Shown in pieces: positions 9,649-21,226 of a stretch of 64,000 bases of DNA (positions are counted from its first letter, which is position 1; every line of letters starts with the position of its first letter). A program made the position numbers and the translations under genes. Origin of the DNA: Synechococcales cyanobacterium VAR_4_metabat_354 (GTDB lineage Bacteria > Cyanobacteriota > Cyanobacteriia > Cyanobacteriales > Chamaesiphonaceae); assembly GCA_031414775.1 (NCBI GenBank), contig JANOQI010000054.1, forward strand, positions 1-64,000. Reading direction: 5' to 3'. The notes beneath the pieces are model-generated. The model saw nothing but the letters and a program-made list of their open reading frames with translations, made no database searches and was not told where the DNA came from.

Positions 9649-11085
9649 ATGTCCCAGAAACGCCAATTAGTAAGTAATTCTGTATCAATGCTAGTGAATA
9701 AGCTAGTACAGGGTGGTACCAGTTTTGTTCTTACTGCCTCTATCGCTCGTACTTTGGGAGCTGAAGCACTAGGGCAATACTTATTGGCGCTTAGTTACTA
9801 CTATATTTTTGTTAACATTTGTTCTCAAGGCTTGAAAACTCTGTTCACCCGAGAAGTGGCTCTCCAGCCAGAGAAGACTGCAGCATATTTAGTCAGTGGT
9901 ACTTTACTACAGTTTTTTCTTAGTATTATTGGTTATGTCAGTATGGTATTGATAATTTATTTACTGCCATATAGTGATAAAACATCACTTCTTTGCTATA
10001 CCTTAGGACTAGCAATTATGCCATTTTCACTTTCTAATATTACGGAGTCGATTCTTCAAGCACAAGAGGAAATGCATCTAATTGCCATTTCGACAGCACC
10101 AGTCTATATTGTGCGTGTATCGGTAATGATTTGGGTGATGGCTCAACATTTTGGCATTGAATACGTTGCTGGTGTGTTGGTGATTTCAGAATTAATCATA
10201 TTTATTATTCAATGGTTGTTGTTGATAAATAAAGTTAAACCAAAATGGCAAATCAATCAAGATTTTATATGGTCTATGTTGCTATCGGCTAGGACTTTAT
10301 TTGCGATCGAGGGTATGGGCATCATTGCTTCTAAGATAGATGTTCTATCTCTATCGTTGTTAGGCAATGAGTTTTTACTTGGTCTCTACGGTGCCGTTGG
10401 CCAGCTCATGCAACCATTTGGTTTGATCGCTAAGAGTTTGACTTTGGCAGCATTTCCCAGAATGTCGAAAGCAATCCAGTTTGGAAAAGAACAGCAACGT
10501 CAGGAGGCCGAGACTACAATTAAATTGCTACTATGCATGGGATTACCTTTCTTTGTAGGAATTATCGTTTTTAGTAATGAGATCTTAACTTTTGTCTATA
10601 ACGATCCCAACTTTCTTCAGGCAAGTAACATACTCAAGATATTTGCCTTGATGCTGATTCCCAGTATATTCTCTTCTGTATTTAGCTATGTATTAATAGC
10701 AAATGGCTTAGAAAAATTCACTTTAATGGAAGTATCTATAGCTACTACCCTGGGAGGAGTATCTAGTATATTTCTGATTCCTAGTTATAAGTTAATGGGT
10801 GCAGCACTCACGTCATCAGTAATGGCTGTATCTTCTTTTGCTATTCTTGTTTATGCGATGCGGAAGTATTTGTTCTCAATCCGTTTATGGCAAGTTATCG
10901 GTCTGCCATTATTTATTAGTAGTTTGATGTTTATCATACTTCTGCTATTAAAGGAAGCCAAGATTGACTTTTTGTATATTATTATTCTGTCTATCATGGC
11001 TTATACTCTGATAGCTTTTTCACTAGCTATTCGTGAATTTGGCGGACTCAGATATGTATGGCAAAAGCTGGGTAATAAAGGGTGA
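9649..11085 (+). CDS. Wzx-like polysaccharide flippase
   Basis: Polytopic membrane protein, ARTLGAEALGQY, GLYGAV; lies between glycosyltransferases. Confidence 0.88.
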   Translation: MSQKRQLVSNSVSMLVNKLVQGGTSFVLTASIARTLGAEALGQYLLALSYYYIFVNICSQGLKTLFTREVALQPEKTAAYLVSGTLLQFFLSIIGYVSMVLIIYLLPYSDKTSLLCYTLGLAIMPFSLSNITESILQAQEEMHLIAISTAPVYIVRVSVMIWVMAQHFGIEYVAGVLVISELIIFIIQWLLLINKVKPKWQINQDFIWSMLLSARTLFAIEGMGIIASKIDVLSLSLLGNEFLLGLYGAVGQLMQPFGLIAKSLTLAAFPRMSKAIQFGKEQQRQEAETTIKLLLCMGLPFFVGIIVFSNEILTFVYNDPNFLQASNILKIFALMLIPSIFSSVFSYVLIANGLEKFTLMEVSIATTLGGVSSIFLIPSYKLMGAALTSSVMAVSSFAILVYAMRKYLFSIRLWQVIGLPLFISSLMFIILLLLKEAKIDFLYIIILSIMAYTLIAFSLAIREFGGLRYVWQKLGNKG

Positions 11086-11165
11086 ATTAATCATGCCAGA
11101 AAAACTTTTATAACTGACCAATATATTTTGTGAATACCCTCGTTAGCTAGTCTTAAAATTTAAGT

Positions 11166-12263
11166 ATGAAATTGAAAGTTGCTCTACTCCATTTTTGTTT
11201 TGAAGATTACACAATTGAATTAGCTAATGGTCTCGCTCAATATGTGGACTTGACCCTCATTCAACCAGAAAAGATTACTGCTGTTTGCCGCGATTACTTG
11301 GATCCTAGTATTCGGGTGATTAGTTTTGCCAAACCAAGAATACGCGATCCGCGCAATCTGTTGGCGATGGTGGCCATGGTGCGGATCATCAAAGATCTGC
11401 AACCCGATGTTTTACATGTGCAGGAAACCAACGATTTTTGGTATGACTTAACATTGCTTCTGAATAAAATGCCGCCATTAGTGACCACTGTTCATGATGT
11501 ATATAAACATCCTGGCGATCGAGATATCCGGTTGGGAGCAGAATACACTCGGCGAATTGCTTTCTATCGATCGCAACAACTAATCGTCCACGCCCAAGCA
11601 CTCAAGGAAGCCCTGGTTCAAGGTTTTCAAGTGCCCGCAGAACAAGTTAATATTCTGGCTCACGGTGAACTTGGTAGCTTATTTCAAAGGCGCACAGCAG
11701 GGGAAAAGTTAGAACGAGAGCCTTATACGCTGTTGTTTTTTGGCAGAATTTGGCCATACAAAGGTTTGAATTATTTGCTAGCAGCGATGCCCTTAATTGC
11801 GGCTAAAATCCCACAAGTTAAGTTAATTATTGCTGGTAAAGGCGAGAGTCTTCAGCAATACCTATCTAATGGTTATGACCAAAGCCATCTCGAAATTATT
11901 AATGATTTTATTCCCCTGGAAGATGTCGCTGGGCTTTTCCAGCGCAGTGCCCTGTCTGTTTTACCCTATATTGAGGCATCCCAGAGTGGGGTGGCCAATT
12001 TATCTTATGGGATGGGAGTGCCGGTAGTGGCTTCTGATATCGGTGGCTTGGGCGAATTGGTCAAGTCTGGGGAAGATGGATTATTAGTCCCCGCTGGCAA
12101 TGTTCAGGCTTTAGCTGACGCGATTATCCATTTGTTGAGTGATATTCCATTACAAGAAAAAATGCGGAAAGCTGCTCTAGAGCGTTGTCAGCAAGACTTG
12201 AACTGGTCGAATATTGCGGCTCAAACTGTACAAGTCTATGAGCAAGCGATAGCCACTAAATAA
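11166..12263 (+). CDS. GT4 family glycosyltransferase
   Basis: LFFGRIWPYKGL, VLPYIEASQSGV, PVVASDIGGLGE. Confidence 0.92.
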   Translation: MKLKVALLHFCFEDYTIELANGLAQYVDLTLIQPEKITAVCRDYLDPSIRVISFAKPRIRDPRNLLAMVAMVRIIKDLQPDVLHVQETNDFWYDLTLLLNKMPPLVTTVHDVYKHPGDRDIRLGAEYTRRIAFYRSQQLIVHAQALKEALVQGFQVPAEQVNILAHGELGSLFQRRTAGEKLEREPYTLLFFGRIWPYKGLNYLLAAMPLIAAKIPQVKLIIAGKGESLQQYLSNGYDQSHLEIINDFIPLEDVAGLFQRSALSVLPYIEASQSGVANLSYGMGVPVVASDIGGLGELVKSGEDGLLVPAGNVQALADAIIHLLSDIPLQEKMRKAALERCQQDLNWSNIAAQTVQVYEQAIATK

Positions 12264-12362
12264 CGGTGAATACCTGTTTGGATATTCCCAAAGACAGCTG
12301 GGACTAGTATCGATCGACATCTTGCGTTAGCCTGATGAAGCATCATTAGTTTCCCCATATAT

Positions 12363-13205
12363 ATGACAGCATCTGCTCAACCCGCTGCTCCGATCAAACT
12401 GGTGATTGTCGATATTGATGGCACGATCGCTGGTCGGAGTAACCAAGTCACCCCGGCGGTAAAAGCCGCGATTAAGGCCGCCCAAGCCCAGGATGTGCGA
12501 GTGGGCGTGGCGACTGGTCGGATGTATCGATCGGCTGCTCGTTTTCATCACGAAATTGGTGCTGACGTGCCGGTGATGGCCTATCAAGGCGCTTGGATTC
12601 AAGACCCAGCAACCAATAAAAAATATCGACATCTGCGTTTGGAGCAGTCGATCGCCAGAGAATTAATTGATTATTTTCAGCAGCCTCATCTGCCCACCGA
12701 TCTATCACTGCACGTTTATGTAGATGACCAACTCTATGTGCAAAGAATCAATGAAGACACTGATGGCTATACCAAACGTAGTGGGGTGGAGGCGATTGCC
12801 CTAACTGATTTACGGGAGGCACTGACCGCTGCGCCCACTAAAGTTTTGGCCATGCATCCAGATGAAGACTTGATCGATCGATTGTTGAAAGATCTAAAAA
12901 CCAAATATCGACCAGATCAGCTGCATGTTACTACCTCAGTGCCGATCTTTTTAGAAACCACTAATCCCGCCGTTAATAAAAGTACGGCGATCGACTATGT
13001 TGCTAAGGAGTTGCTGAATATTGATGCTAGCCAGATTATGACGATTGGAGATAACTATAATGATGTGGAAATGTTGGCCTATGCTGGTTGGGGAGTAGCG
13101 ATGGGGAATGCGCCGGAGCCGGTGAAGTCTTATGCTAATTGGGTTGCGCCTTCGGTGGATGAAGATGGAGTGGCGGTGGCGATCGAGAAATTTGTTCTCC
13201 AGTAA
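12363..13205 (+). CDS. Cof-type HAD-IIB hydrolase
   Basis: DIDGT motif I, ATGR, IGDNYND, GVAMGNA. Confidence 0.93.
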   Translation: MTASAQPAAPIKLVIVDIDGTIAGRSNQVTPAVKAAIKAAQAQDVRVGVATGRMYRSAARFHHEIGADVPVMAYQGAWIQDPATNKKYRHLRLEQSIARELIDYFQQPHLPTDLSLHVYVDDQLYVQRINEDTDGYTKRSGVEAIALTDLREALTAAPTKVLAMHPDEDLIDRLLKDLKTKYRPDQLHVTTSVPIFLETTNPAVNKSTAIDYVAKELLNIDASQIMTIGDNYNDVEMLAYAGWGVAMGNAPEPVKSYANWVAPSVDEDGVAVAIEKFVLQ

Positions 13206-13209
13206 ATTA

Positions 13210-13869
13210 ATGGATTTATCACCAGTTGCAACTAGAGAAATAATTGTATATCAGCCAGGGATTATGCCTTATCAAAAGGCTTGGGATTGGCAGAAGCAGC
13301 TCCAACAGTCACTGATTAATACTCCGCAGCAGAGCGATCGACTACTCCTCCTCCAACATTCGCCAGTTTATACGTTGGGGCAAGGATCTAGCGATGAATT
13401 CGTCAAATTCCCAGCGCAGCATAGCTACGAAATTCATCGGATTGAACGGGGTGGCGAAGTTACTTACCATTGCCCTGGCCAACTGGTCGGTTACCCAATT
13501 CTTAATCTGCATCACTATCAGCAAGATCTACATTGGTATTTGCGGCAGCTAGAAGAAGTTGTGATTCAACTTTTAGCACTATATGGTTTGACAGCCGCCA
13601 GGATTCCCGGGCTAACTGGGGTGTGGCTGGCAAACAAGAAAATTGCCGCAATCGGCATCAAGGTTAGTCGCTGGGTGACAATGCACGGCTTTGCCATTAA
13701 TGTTTGTAATGACCTAACTGGTTTTCAGCAAATTGTACCCTGTGGCATTGTCGATCGACAGGTGGGCAGTATCCAAGAATTTGTCCCCGATATTGACCTG
13801 GCCACAGTGCAGCAGCAGGTCATTGAGGTTTTTGGGACGGTGTTCGATCGACAGATGGTGTTGGCTTAG
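13210..13869 (+). CDS. lipB: Lipoyl(octanoyl) transferase
   Basis: [40 protein letters not shown]; start moved to ATG 13210. Confidence 0.95.
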   Translation: MDLSPVATREIIVYQPGIMPYQKAWDWQKQLQQSLINTPQQSDRLLLLQHSPVYTLGQGSSDEFVKFPAQHSYEIHRIERGGEVTYHCPGQLVGYPILNLHHYQQDLHWYLRQLEEVVIQLLALYGLTAARIPGLTGVWLANKKIAAIGIKVSRWVTMHGFAINVCNDLTGFQQIVPCGIVDRQVGSIQEFVPDIDLATVQQQVIEVFGTVFDRQMVLA

Positions 13870-15257
13870 ACGGGGGTTGGGATCGTTGCGGGTTTAATCG
13901 CCTGATAGAGTTTTTCGTACTCTAGCGCCGACTTATCCCAGCTCAAATCTTCGGCCATGCCCCGCTGCTGCAAGGCTTTCCACTGTTCACGGTAGCGGAA
14001 GCTTTCGCCAGCACGAACCATACAGGTATATAAGTCTAGCGGCTCGTATCGATCGAAGCAGTAGCCCGTACCAGTATTGTGAATTGGATCATGGTGGAAA
14101 ACAGTATCGACTAGGCCACCAGTGCGGCGCACAATTGGCACACAACCATAGCGCATTGCCATCATTTGGCTAATGCCACAGGGTTCAAAGCGGCTTGGCA
14201 TCAAGAAAGCATCTGCTCCCCCATAGATTCGCCGGGATAAACCGTCGTCGTACATCAAATAAGTCGCCATCCGACCAGGATAACGAGCTGCTAACTGCCA
14301 CAGCTGCGTTTCGTAGTTGCGATCGCCAGTGCCCAGTAATACGAACTGAGCATCAGTGTAAGCCAAGAATCTATCTAAGGTTTGCAGCAATAGATCTAAG
14401 CCCTTTTGTTCGACTAACCGCGAGACCATGCCCACCAAAAACACATCAGGATCTACAACTAAACCGACTTCCTGCTGGAGACCAGCTTTGTTGGCCGCCC
14501 GATTTTCTAAAGTGTCGGCGGTAAAATTTTTGACTAGTGCTTTATCGGTGGCTGGATCATTAAGTTCGGTATCAATCCCGTTTACAATCCCCGACAGCTT
14601 GTCGCCAATAAACGACATCAGTCCTTCGACCTTTTCACCATATTCGATCGTTTTAATCTGCTCAGCATAGGTCGGCGAGACCGTATTTACTCGATCGGCA
14701 TACTGTACAGCAGCAGCCAAGGTATTGTGACCCTGCATATACCAAGGGCACCAGGTAATGCGATCGAGATACCAACGCCACGGACCTTGATAAGCTAAGT
14801 TGTGAATCGTAAAGACAGTATTGATTTCGGGGTCTTGGTGCATCCAGACCGGAATCATCCCAGTGTGCCAGTCGTGACAGTGAATAATTTCTGGCTTCCA
14901 GTAATTCCAGGCAAATTCGGCGGCACCGTTAGCAAAGAAAGTAAAACGCCAGTCTTCATCCTCACCACCATAAATGCGGGGGGGATCAAACACCGGATGT
15001 CCAAATAAATAGAGTGGCACATCGGTATTAGGCAAGGTGGTTTCGTAGACAGCAAAGTCGTTGAACATGGCGTAACCATTCCACACTGGTTCAGCGGGGA
15101 TAGTCACCTTGTTAATTAGAGACCCGTAGTAAGGCATGAAGACGCGCACATCATGCCCTAATTTCCGCAAGAATTTGGGCAATGCACCCACGACATCTCC
15201 CATTCCCCCTACCTTGGCTAGAGGAACTGCCTCTGCTGCCACAAATAAAATCCGCAT
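13866..15257 (-). CDS. glgA: Glycogen synthase
   Basis: [27 protein letters not shown]. Confidence 0.97.
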   Translation of the reverse strand: MRILFVAAEAVPLAKVGGMGDVVGALPKFLRKLGHDVRVFMPYYGSLINKVTIPAEPVWNGYAMFNDFAVYETTLPNTDVPLYLFGHPVFDPPRIYGGEDEDWRFTFFANGAAEFAWNYWKPEIIHCHDWHTGMIPVWMHQDPEINTVFTIHNLAYQGPWRWYLDRITWCPWYMQGHNTLAAAVQYADRVNTVSPTYAEQIKTIEYGEKVEGLMSFIGDKLSGIVNGIDTELNDPATDKALVKNFTADTLENRAANKAGLQQEVGLVVDPDVFLVGMVSRLVEQKGLDLLLQTLDRFLAYTDAQFVLLGTGDRNYETQLWQLAARYPGRMATYLMYDDGLSRRIYGGADAFLMPSRFEPCGISQMMAMRYGCVPIVRRTGGLVDTVFHHDPIHNTGTGYCFDRYEPLDLYTCMVRAGESFRYREQWKALQQRGMAEDLSWDKSALEYEKLYQAIKPATIPTPV

Positions 15258-15315
15258 TTTAACCCGCTAAATAAACCCGTTTTAACGCCTCTATCATACG
15301 TTTAAATGGCTATTC

Positions 15316-16308
15316 TTACTCTACTGGCGATGCAGTTTGCTGGGCTAGAACCTCCCGCAGACCATCGCGGCCAACCAACGCAAAGATTTCGTCGAGAATT
15401 TCTCTGGCTCCTTGTCCACAAAGCATTGTAGCTAGTTTTTGGCCAAGCTGCTCGGCTTGATCAGCAGCGCCGGTAATTTGATTTTTAATCAAAGTTTTAC
15501 CATCAAGGGTGGCAACCATGCCCACCAACGTCAGCTGATCATCAGTAATCGAGGTATTCACACCGATCGGTACCTGACAGCCACCTTCTAAGGATTTAAG
15601 AAAAGAGCGCTCTGCCCAGCAACGATAAGCAGTGGGCTGATGTTGCAAAGCTTTCAAAATTTCTAAAACTTCGGTGTCACCGTCCCGACATTCAATGCCC
15701 AGGGCACCCTGACCAACAGCATGAAGAGAAATTTCGGGGGAAATCAGTTGATGAATGCGATCGGCTAAATCTAATCGTCCTAAACCAGCAGCAGCCAAAA
15801 TCAGGGCATCGTATTCACCAGCATCTAACTTGGCCAAGCGGGTAATGACATTGCCACGTACATCTTTGAAAGTAAGGTGCGGATAGCTGTGGCGCAATTG
15901 CGCCAACCGCCGCAAAGAGGAAGTACCCACTACTGCACCAGCTGGTAGGGTTTCGAGCTGATATTGTTGGTTGTTAGCATTGACGACTAAGGCATCTGCT
16001 GGATTTTCACGCTCAGTCACACAACCTAGCACCAAGCCCTCTGGTAAATTGGTGGGCAAATCTTTGAGGGAATGCACGGCAAGATCGGCAGTTCGATCGA
16101 GCATTTTCACTTCTAGCTCTTTAGTGAACAGTCCTTTGTCCCCAATCTTGGCCAAGGGCACATCCAAAATTTTGTCGCCTTTGGTGCTCATGGTTTCTAC
16201 TTCAAAAGTACGGTCAGGGAAATGTTTTTGGAGCTGGTCTTGCACCCAGTAAGTCTGCACTAAAGCGAGCTGGCTTTTGCGGGAAGCAATTTTAATAATA
16301 CGAGACAT
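15316..16308 (-). CDS. hemC: Hydroxymethylbilane synthase
   Basis: [45 protein letters not shown]. Confidence 0.97.
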   Translation of the reverse strand: MSRIIKIASRKSQLALVQTYWVQDQLQKHFPDRTFEVETMSTKGDKILDVPLAKIGDKGLFTKELEVKMLDRTADLAVHSLKDLPTNLPEGLVLGCVTERENPADALVVNANNQQYQLETLPAGAVVGTSSLRRLAQLRHSYPHLTFKDVRGNVITRLAKLDAGEYDALILAAAGLGRLDLADRIHQLISPEISLHAVGQGALGIECRDGDTEVLEILKALQHQPTAYRCWAERSFLKSLEGGCQVPIGVNTSITDDQLTLVGMVATLDGKTLIKNQITGAADQAEQLGQKLATMLCGQGAREILDEIFALVGRDGLREVLAQQTASPVE

Positions 16309-16585
16309 AGTATATGGCTTTTTATAAGGTGAGCAGAGTCGTTTGATCTAGGATACAGGAGCTTCAGGAGTTTTATCTCTAGCTGAAGATGAAAATTTGT
16401 AGCAGGTGATTAAGCTGGCACCCTGGATCAATTATGGTATTACCTGAGATAGGGATTGTGCATTTTATATCAAAATCATTTTAGGCAATTAACCAGCAAT
16501 GCCTTGTTCCCTAATTCTGGCCACAATTGTCAGGAGCAGGCCATAATCTCATAAATTGATATAAACACCTACCCAGAAGTGCAAC

Positions 16586-17698
16586 GTGAAACGCAAGCAA
16601 TTTTTACAGGCATCGATCGCCAGTGTCGCAGCAGGTAGTACCTTAGTGGCTTGTAAAGCACGACGACGTGCCTCTTCCGCCAGTGGCAGTTTACCCACAA
16701 TTAATTGGCAAATGGCTACTAGTTGGCCTTTGTCCCTAGATACCATCTTTGGTGGAGCCAAGACTATCGCTGATCGGGTGAAAGCGATTACCGGTGGTAA
16801 GTTTACCATTACCCCCCGCGCTGCTGGCGAGCTAGCCCCACCCCTGGAAGTGCTTAACGTAGTTTCCCAGGGGGGTGCTGCCTGTGGTCATACAGCTGGT
16901 TACTACTATTTGGGCAAAGCTCCGGCAGCAGCCTTTGGGACAGCGGTACCCTTTGGTCTAAATGCCCAACAGCAAAATGCTTGGCTGTATGAAGGCGGCG
17001 GTTTGAAAAAGTTGCAAGCCATGTATGCAAGCAAATTTAATGTGATCCAGTTTCCAGCAGGCAATACTGGTGCTCAAATGGGCGGCTGGTTTCGGAAGGA
17101 AATTGCAACCCTCAGCGATTTGCAGGGACTAAAAATGCGGATTCCTGGTTTGGGTGGTCAGGTAATGAACAAATTAGGCGTGACAGTGCAAACTTTGCCT
17201 GGCGGGGAAATTTTTCAAGCTTTGCAAACTGGGGCGATCGATGCCGCTGAATGGGTTGGTCCCTATGATGATGAAAGGCTTGGTCTGCACAAAGTCGCTA
17301 AATATTATTATTATCCCGGCTGGTGGGAACCAGGCCCGACCTTAGAGTTACAAATTAATCTCAATGAGTGGCAAAAACTTCCTCCCGAGTATCAATCAGC
17401 GATCGAAGCGGCCACCTATGAAGCTAATTCAACGATGCAAATGCGCTATGATGCCCGCAATAATGAAGCACTCCAAAGACTAATTAAAGGTGGCACAATT
17501 CTGCGCCCCTATAGTGAAGAAATTTTAGTTGCTGCCGAAAAAGCTTCTTTTGCTCTATATGAAGAATTTGCAGCTAAGGATCAAGACTTCGAGAATATCT
17601 TTCGTGATTGGCAGAAGTTCCGCGATCGAGTCTATGCTTGGCACAACATCAATGAAGGTAGTTTTGCGAGCTATAGTTACAGTAAATTGAAACGTTAG
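16586..17698 (+). CDS. dctP: TRAP substrate-binding lipoprotein (TakP-like, monocarboxylate/2-oxoacid)
   Basis: Tat-like leader with LVAC lipobox, [36 protein letters not shown]. Confidence 0.92.
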   Translation: MKRKQFLQASIASVAAGSTLVACKARRRASSASGSLPTINWQMATSWPLSLDTIFGGAKTIADRVKAITGGKFTITPRAAGELAPPLEVLNVVSQGGAACGHTAGYYYLGKAPAAAFGTAVPFGLNAQQQNAWLYEGGGLKKLQAMYASKFNVIQFPAGNTGAQMGGWFRKEIATLSDLQGLKMRIPGLGGQVMNKLGVTVQTLPGGEIFQALQTGAIDAAEWVGPYDDERLGLHKVAKYYYYPGWWEPGPTLELQINLNEWQKLPPEYQSAIEAATYEANSTMQMRYDARNNEALQRLIKGGTILRPYSEEILVAAEKASFALYEEFAAKDQDFENIFRDWQKFRDRVYAWHNINEGSFASYSYSKLKR

Positions 17699-17715
17699 TA
17701 GATTATCCTTGCTCA

Positions 17716-19095
17716 CTATAGTGCCACAGGACTAGCCAGATCTACCAACCACCGCACCGTTTGGGGAAAAGCGATCACGATTAATAGCATCAAAAATTGC
17801 AATGCCATAAAGGGTAAAGCTCCTTTGTGGATATCCTTCGTGCTGATTTCTGGGGGGGCAACGCTCTGGAGATAAAACAATGAGAAGCCTACTGGGGGTG
17901 AGATAAAAGCGGTTTGGAGGTTGATGGCCATCACCACTCCAAACCACACCATATCAATCCCGAGGAGCTGGGCAGCTGGTACCAACAGCGGCATCGCGAT
18001 AAAGCAGATCTCAATAAATTCTAAGAACACACCCAACAGGAAAATCACGATATTACTAACAATCAAAAAAGCCAATTTGCCACCAGGCAAATTGACTAAC
18101 AGCTCGGTAATTAATTCTTTGCCGCCTAACGCATCAAAAACCAGCGAGAAGAACGAAGAACAGATCAAAATGGTCATCACCACCGAAGAAACTACTGCCG
18201 TAGCATGACTGGCCGATCTAATCAGTTCCCAATTTAATCTCCTGTTGAGGGCTGCTAGTAGACAGGAACCGACTGCGCCTACTGCCCCCGCTTCGGTGGG
18301 CGTGGCTAACCCAAAGAAAATACTTCCTAACACTGCAAAAATCAGTAGTAGTGGTGGCACTACAGCCTTAATTACTTTTTTAACCAGTGCCATTCCCTTA
18401 ATTTGGCGCTCAGCTAAGGGCAGAGCCGGAGCAATTTCTGGCCGAAAATAGGCTAAGACCAGAGCATAAACCATATAAGAACCAGAAAGCATGAGACCAG
18501 GAATTAGGGCACCTAAAAATAGATCACCGACCGATACTCCCAATTGATCGCTTAGTACCAAGAGCACTAAGCTTGGCGGAATCAACTGTGCCAGGGTGCC
18601 AGAAGCCACAATTACACCAGTAGCAAACTCTTTGTCATAGCCATACCGGAGCATCACTGGCAAAGAAAGCATTCCCATAATAATGACAGTGGCGGCTACT
18701 ACACCGGTGGTCGCTGCTAACAGAGTACCCACCAGAATCACCGCTAGAGCCATCCCGCCGCGTACTGGACCCAGGACAATACCAATTGTCTCTAGCAGCT
18801 CTTCGGCCAGACCTGATTTTTCGAGAATTGCTCCCAAAAAAACAAAAAAAGGAATGGCTAACAGCGTGAAGTTAGACATTGTGCCAAACCAGTTGTTGGG
18901 TAATAACAACAACCGACTAGGATCGAAGCCATCCATTAACCAACCAATGAAACCAAAAACGATTGCGGTACCGGCAAAGGAGAAAGCTACCGGATAGCCA
19001 CTCATTAAAAAAACAAAGAACCCAGCAAACATGGCGACCGCCAGCCATTCCGAGTCAATTACTAACCATGTAGATTCCATCGTTTCAATTTCCAA
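17716..19095 (-). CDS. dctM: TRAP large permease
   Basis: [42 protein letters not shown]. Confidence 0.95.
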   Translation of the reverse strand: MEIETMESTWLVIDSEWLAVAMFAGFFVFLMSGYPVAFSFAGTAIVFGFIGWLMDGFDPSRLLLLPNNWFGTMSNFTLLAIPFFVFLGAILEKSGLAEELLETIGIVLGPVRGGMALAVILVGTLLAATTGVVAATVIIMGMLSLPVMLRYGYDKEFATGVIVASGTLAQLIPPSLVLLVLSDQLGVSVGDLFLGALIPGLMLSGSYMVYALVLAYFRPEIAPALPLAERQIKGMALVKKVIKAVVPPLLLIFAVLGSIFFGLATPTEAGAVGAVGSCLLAALNRRLNWELIRSASHATAVVSSVVMTILICSSFFSLVFDALGGKELITELLVNLPGGKLAFLIVSNIVIFLLGVFLEFIEICFIAMPLLVPAAQLLGIDMVWFGVVMAINLQTAFISPPVGFSLFYLQSVAPPEISTKDIHKGALPFMALQFLMLLIVIAFPQTVRWLVDLASPVAL

Positions 19096-19107
19096 AAAAT
19101 AATGAAG

Positions 19108-19758
19108 TTATTCCAATGGGAGGTTTTCGGCCTCAGAGCGCAGCTGCTCGGCCACTTGGGTGTAGCCTTTGTAAATCGCCAAATACTTGATGCCTTGGGA
19201 AATAGCTTGCAACAGCAGCAGCAAAAATCCCAGTACCAACATGGTTTTAATAGGAGCGCGGGGCAGGCCACCGGCATCGAGCGAGATTTCCGCTCTGCCC
19301 CAGGTGCCATTGGGCATTCTGCCCCAAGATTGCAAAGCATAGTTGAAACTGGTAATTAGCCCCAGCACACAGAAGGGAATCAAAAACATCACCGTCCCCA
19401 CAAAATCTACTAGTGCTTTACGCTTTTCATCCCAGTTGGCATAGAGAAAATCTACTCGGACATTAGTCCCATGTTTCAAAATGTAAGAAAATCCCAGCAA
19501 AAACATGATCGAAAATAAGTACCACTGCAATTCAATCAACGTATTGGAGGAAAGCTGTACGCCGATCAGGCGACCCACGTAACGGGCAACAACGTTGTAG
19601 AAACCTACTCCCACGGTGAGGACAATAAGCCAGCCACTCAGCCAGCCATTAAATTCAGCCAGTCGATCGAGGTGCTGAGAAAAGTGGAGTAACTTACGCA
19701 GATGATGGGTTTTTAGCAAGGTAGATGGGTCGATGATGGCGGATGGGTGTCGCCCCAA
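19108..19758 (-). CDS. dctQ: TRAP small permease (true start probably near 19701)
   Basis: Four TMs, NVVARY, ELQWYLF, VRVDFLY. Confidence 0.9.
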   Translation of the reverse strand: MGRHPSAIIDPSTLLKTHHLRKLLHFSQHLDRLAEFNGWLSGWLIVLTVGVGFYNVVARYVGRLIGVQLSSNTLIELQWYLFSIMFLLGFSYILKHGTNVRVDFLYANWDEKRKALVDFVGTVMFLIPFCVLGLITSFNYALQSWGRMPNGTWGRAEISLDAGGLPRAPIKTMLVLGFLLLLLQAISQGIKYLAIYKGYTQVAEQLRSEAENLPLE

Positions 19759-19816
19759 ATATTATCATGGGGGTTATACGTTATTGCTAAGTGGAGAAGA
19801 TTCGGAAACTTAAATC

Positions 19817-20401
19817 ATGGACTACCAATACATAGAAAAAACGATCGATCATTTCAAACTAGCGATCAAACGACTAGAAGAAGTTACCCCCAGTTCCCAC
19901 GAGCTAACCGGAATAGCCGTGGCTGATGAAGTACAAGAACATGTCCGCCGAGCGATGGCTGCCCTCAGCGCCGCCGTAAATCCCCAGCTGCCCAACAATT
20001 TATCCGGTGATATTTTGCGCCAGCTGGCAGAGTACCACATTCCCTTAGATGATTTGGAAGTGCGCGTCGCTCTGGCTAACCATCACCACAGCCAAGTGGT
20101 AGGAGTTTTAAACGAAATTAAGAACCGATACGCAGAAATCCGTCGCCACCGGGAATACTTTCTAATGAGACTACCGAAACAACCGATCGAGGAATTAGGT
20201 TCGCGGTTGCCCTTCTGTCAGGCTAGTGACTTTGACTGGCCCACTCCGATCACTCCGCCGGAAACTCTAGCGGCACTAAAACGCAAATACAATATCGATC
20301 GACTTAAATCCCGCAAACCAACTGCTGATATCTTCAGTCAGATTGATGCCGCTCAACAAGCTTGGGCAGAAGCTAACCCACCAGAGCAGCCTCCTCCCTA
20401 A
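19817..20401 (+). CDS. Hypothetical protein
   Basis: 194-aa ATG ORF filling the gap and co-oriented with downstream genes; no family recognised. Confidence 0.75.
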   Translation: MDYQYIEKTIDHFKLAIKRLEEVTPSSHELTGIAVADEVQEHVRRAMAALSAAVNPQLPNNLSGDILRQLAEYHIPLDDLEVRVALANHHHSQVVGVLNEIKNRYAEIRRHREYFLMRLPKQPIEELGSRLPFCQASDFDWPTPITPPETLAALKRKYNIDRLKSRKPTADIFSQIDAAQQAWAEANPPEQPPP

Positions 20402-20432
20402 AAATTATTAACCAAATTACTAGCCCCCCACT

Positions 20433-21191
20433 ATGTCCTGGAAAATTGCAATCGCACTTGTACTGACAATCGCCACCGCCGCCCAGGCGGAAAATCCCAA
20501 CCATTTACAGCAGTTACTCTCTACCAAAGAATGCCCTAAGTGCAATTTGGCTAGTGCGGGTTTGGTAACTAACAACTTGGCCGGTGCGAATTTACATCAG
20601 GCTAATTTAGTGGGAGCCAACTTGAGTCAGGCCAACTTAAGCGGTGCTAATCTACACGGTGCTAATTTGACTGGCGCATCTTTGTACGGAGCGGATCTGA
20701 CTGGAGCGGACTTAACGGGCGCAAACCTGACCAACACCGATTTGCGGGAAGCCTACCTAGCTGGTGCTAAATTGGGGGGCGTGAACTTACAAACCGCCTA
20801 TGTACAAGGGGCGATCGGACTCACTAGTGCCGCTGGTACGGCTAGTGATTTTTATAAATGGGGCTATATCGAGGCGCAAAACAATAACCAGATGGGTGCG
20901 ATCGCCCACTTTAACCAAGCACTGCAACTAGAACCACAGTTAGCGGGAGCTTATTTTGGCCGTGCCCTGGCACGTTTTAAGCTGCAAGATGATGCCGGAG
21001 CGGCGATCGATGCCACCAAAGCGGGTCAGCTGTATAAAACGCAAGGCGATCAGACTGGGGTATTGGCTACCCAGAATTTTGTGAAGTCGATCGAACTAGC
21101 CAAACAGCCCACTAAACCTAGCGAGGGCGGCGGCGGTAGCTTTTTTGATGTGGTCACTGGTTTAGGTTCAACACTACTGGGGCTGTTTTAG
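20433..21191 (+). CDS. Exported pentapeptide-repeat protein with C-terminal TPR
   Basis: Signal peptide, CPKCNL, A(N/D)LxG repeats, then TPR-like AIAHFNQALQLEPQLAGAYFGRA. Confidence 0.92.
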   Translation: MSWKIAIALVLTIATAAQAENPNHLQQLLSTKECPKCNLASAGLVTNNLAGANLHQANLVGANLSQANLSGANLHGANLTGASLYGADLTGADLTGANLTNTDLREAYLAGAKLGGVNLQTAYVQGAIGLTSAAGTASDFYKWGYIEAQNNNQMGAIAHFNQALQLEPQLAGAYFGRALARFKLQDDAGAAIDATKAGQLYKTQGDQTGVLATQNFVKSIELAKQPTKPSEGGGGSFFDVVTGLGSTLLGLF

Positions 21192-21226
21192 CTTTAGACT
21201 TAGAATCGCCAACGAGAAATTGATCT

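Noticed and set aside
20560..20800. 15-bp periodicity resembling a tandem repeat array
   Set aside because: Explained by pentapeptide-repeat coding sequence; no repeat-spacer structure, so not CRISPR
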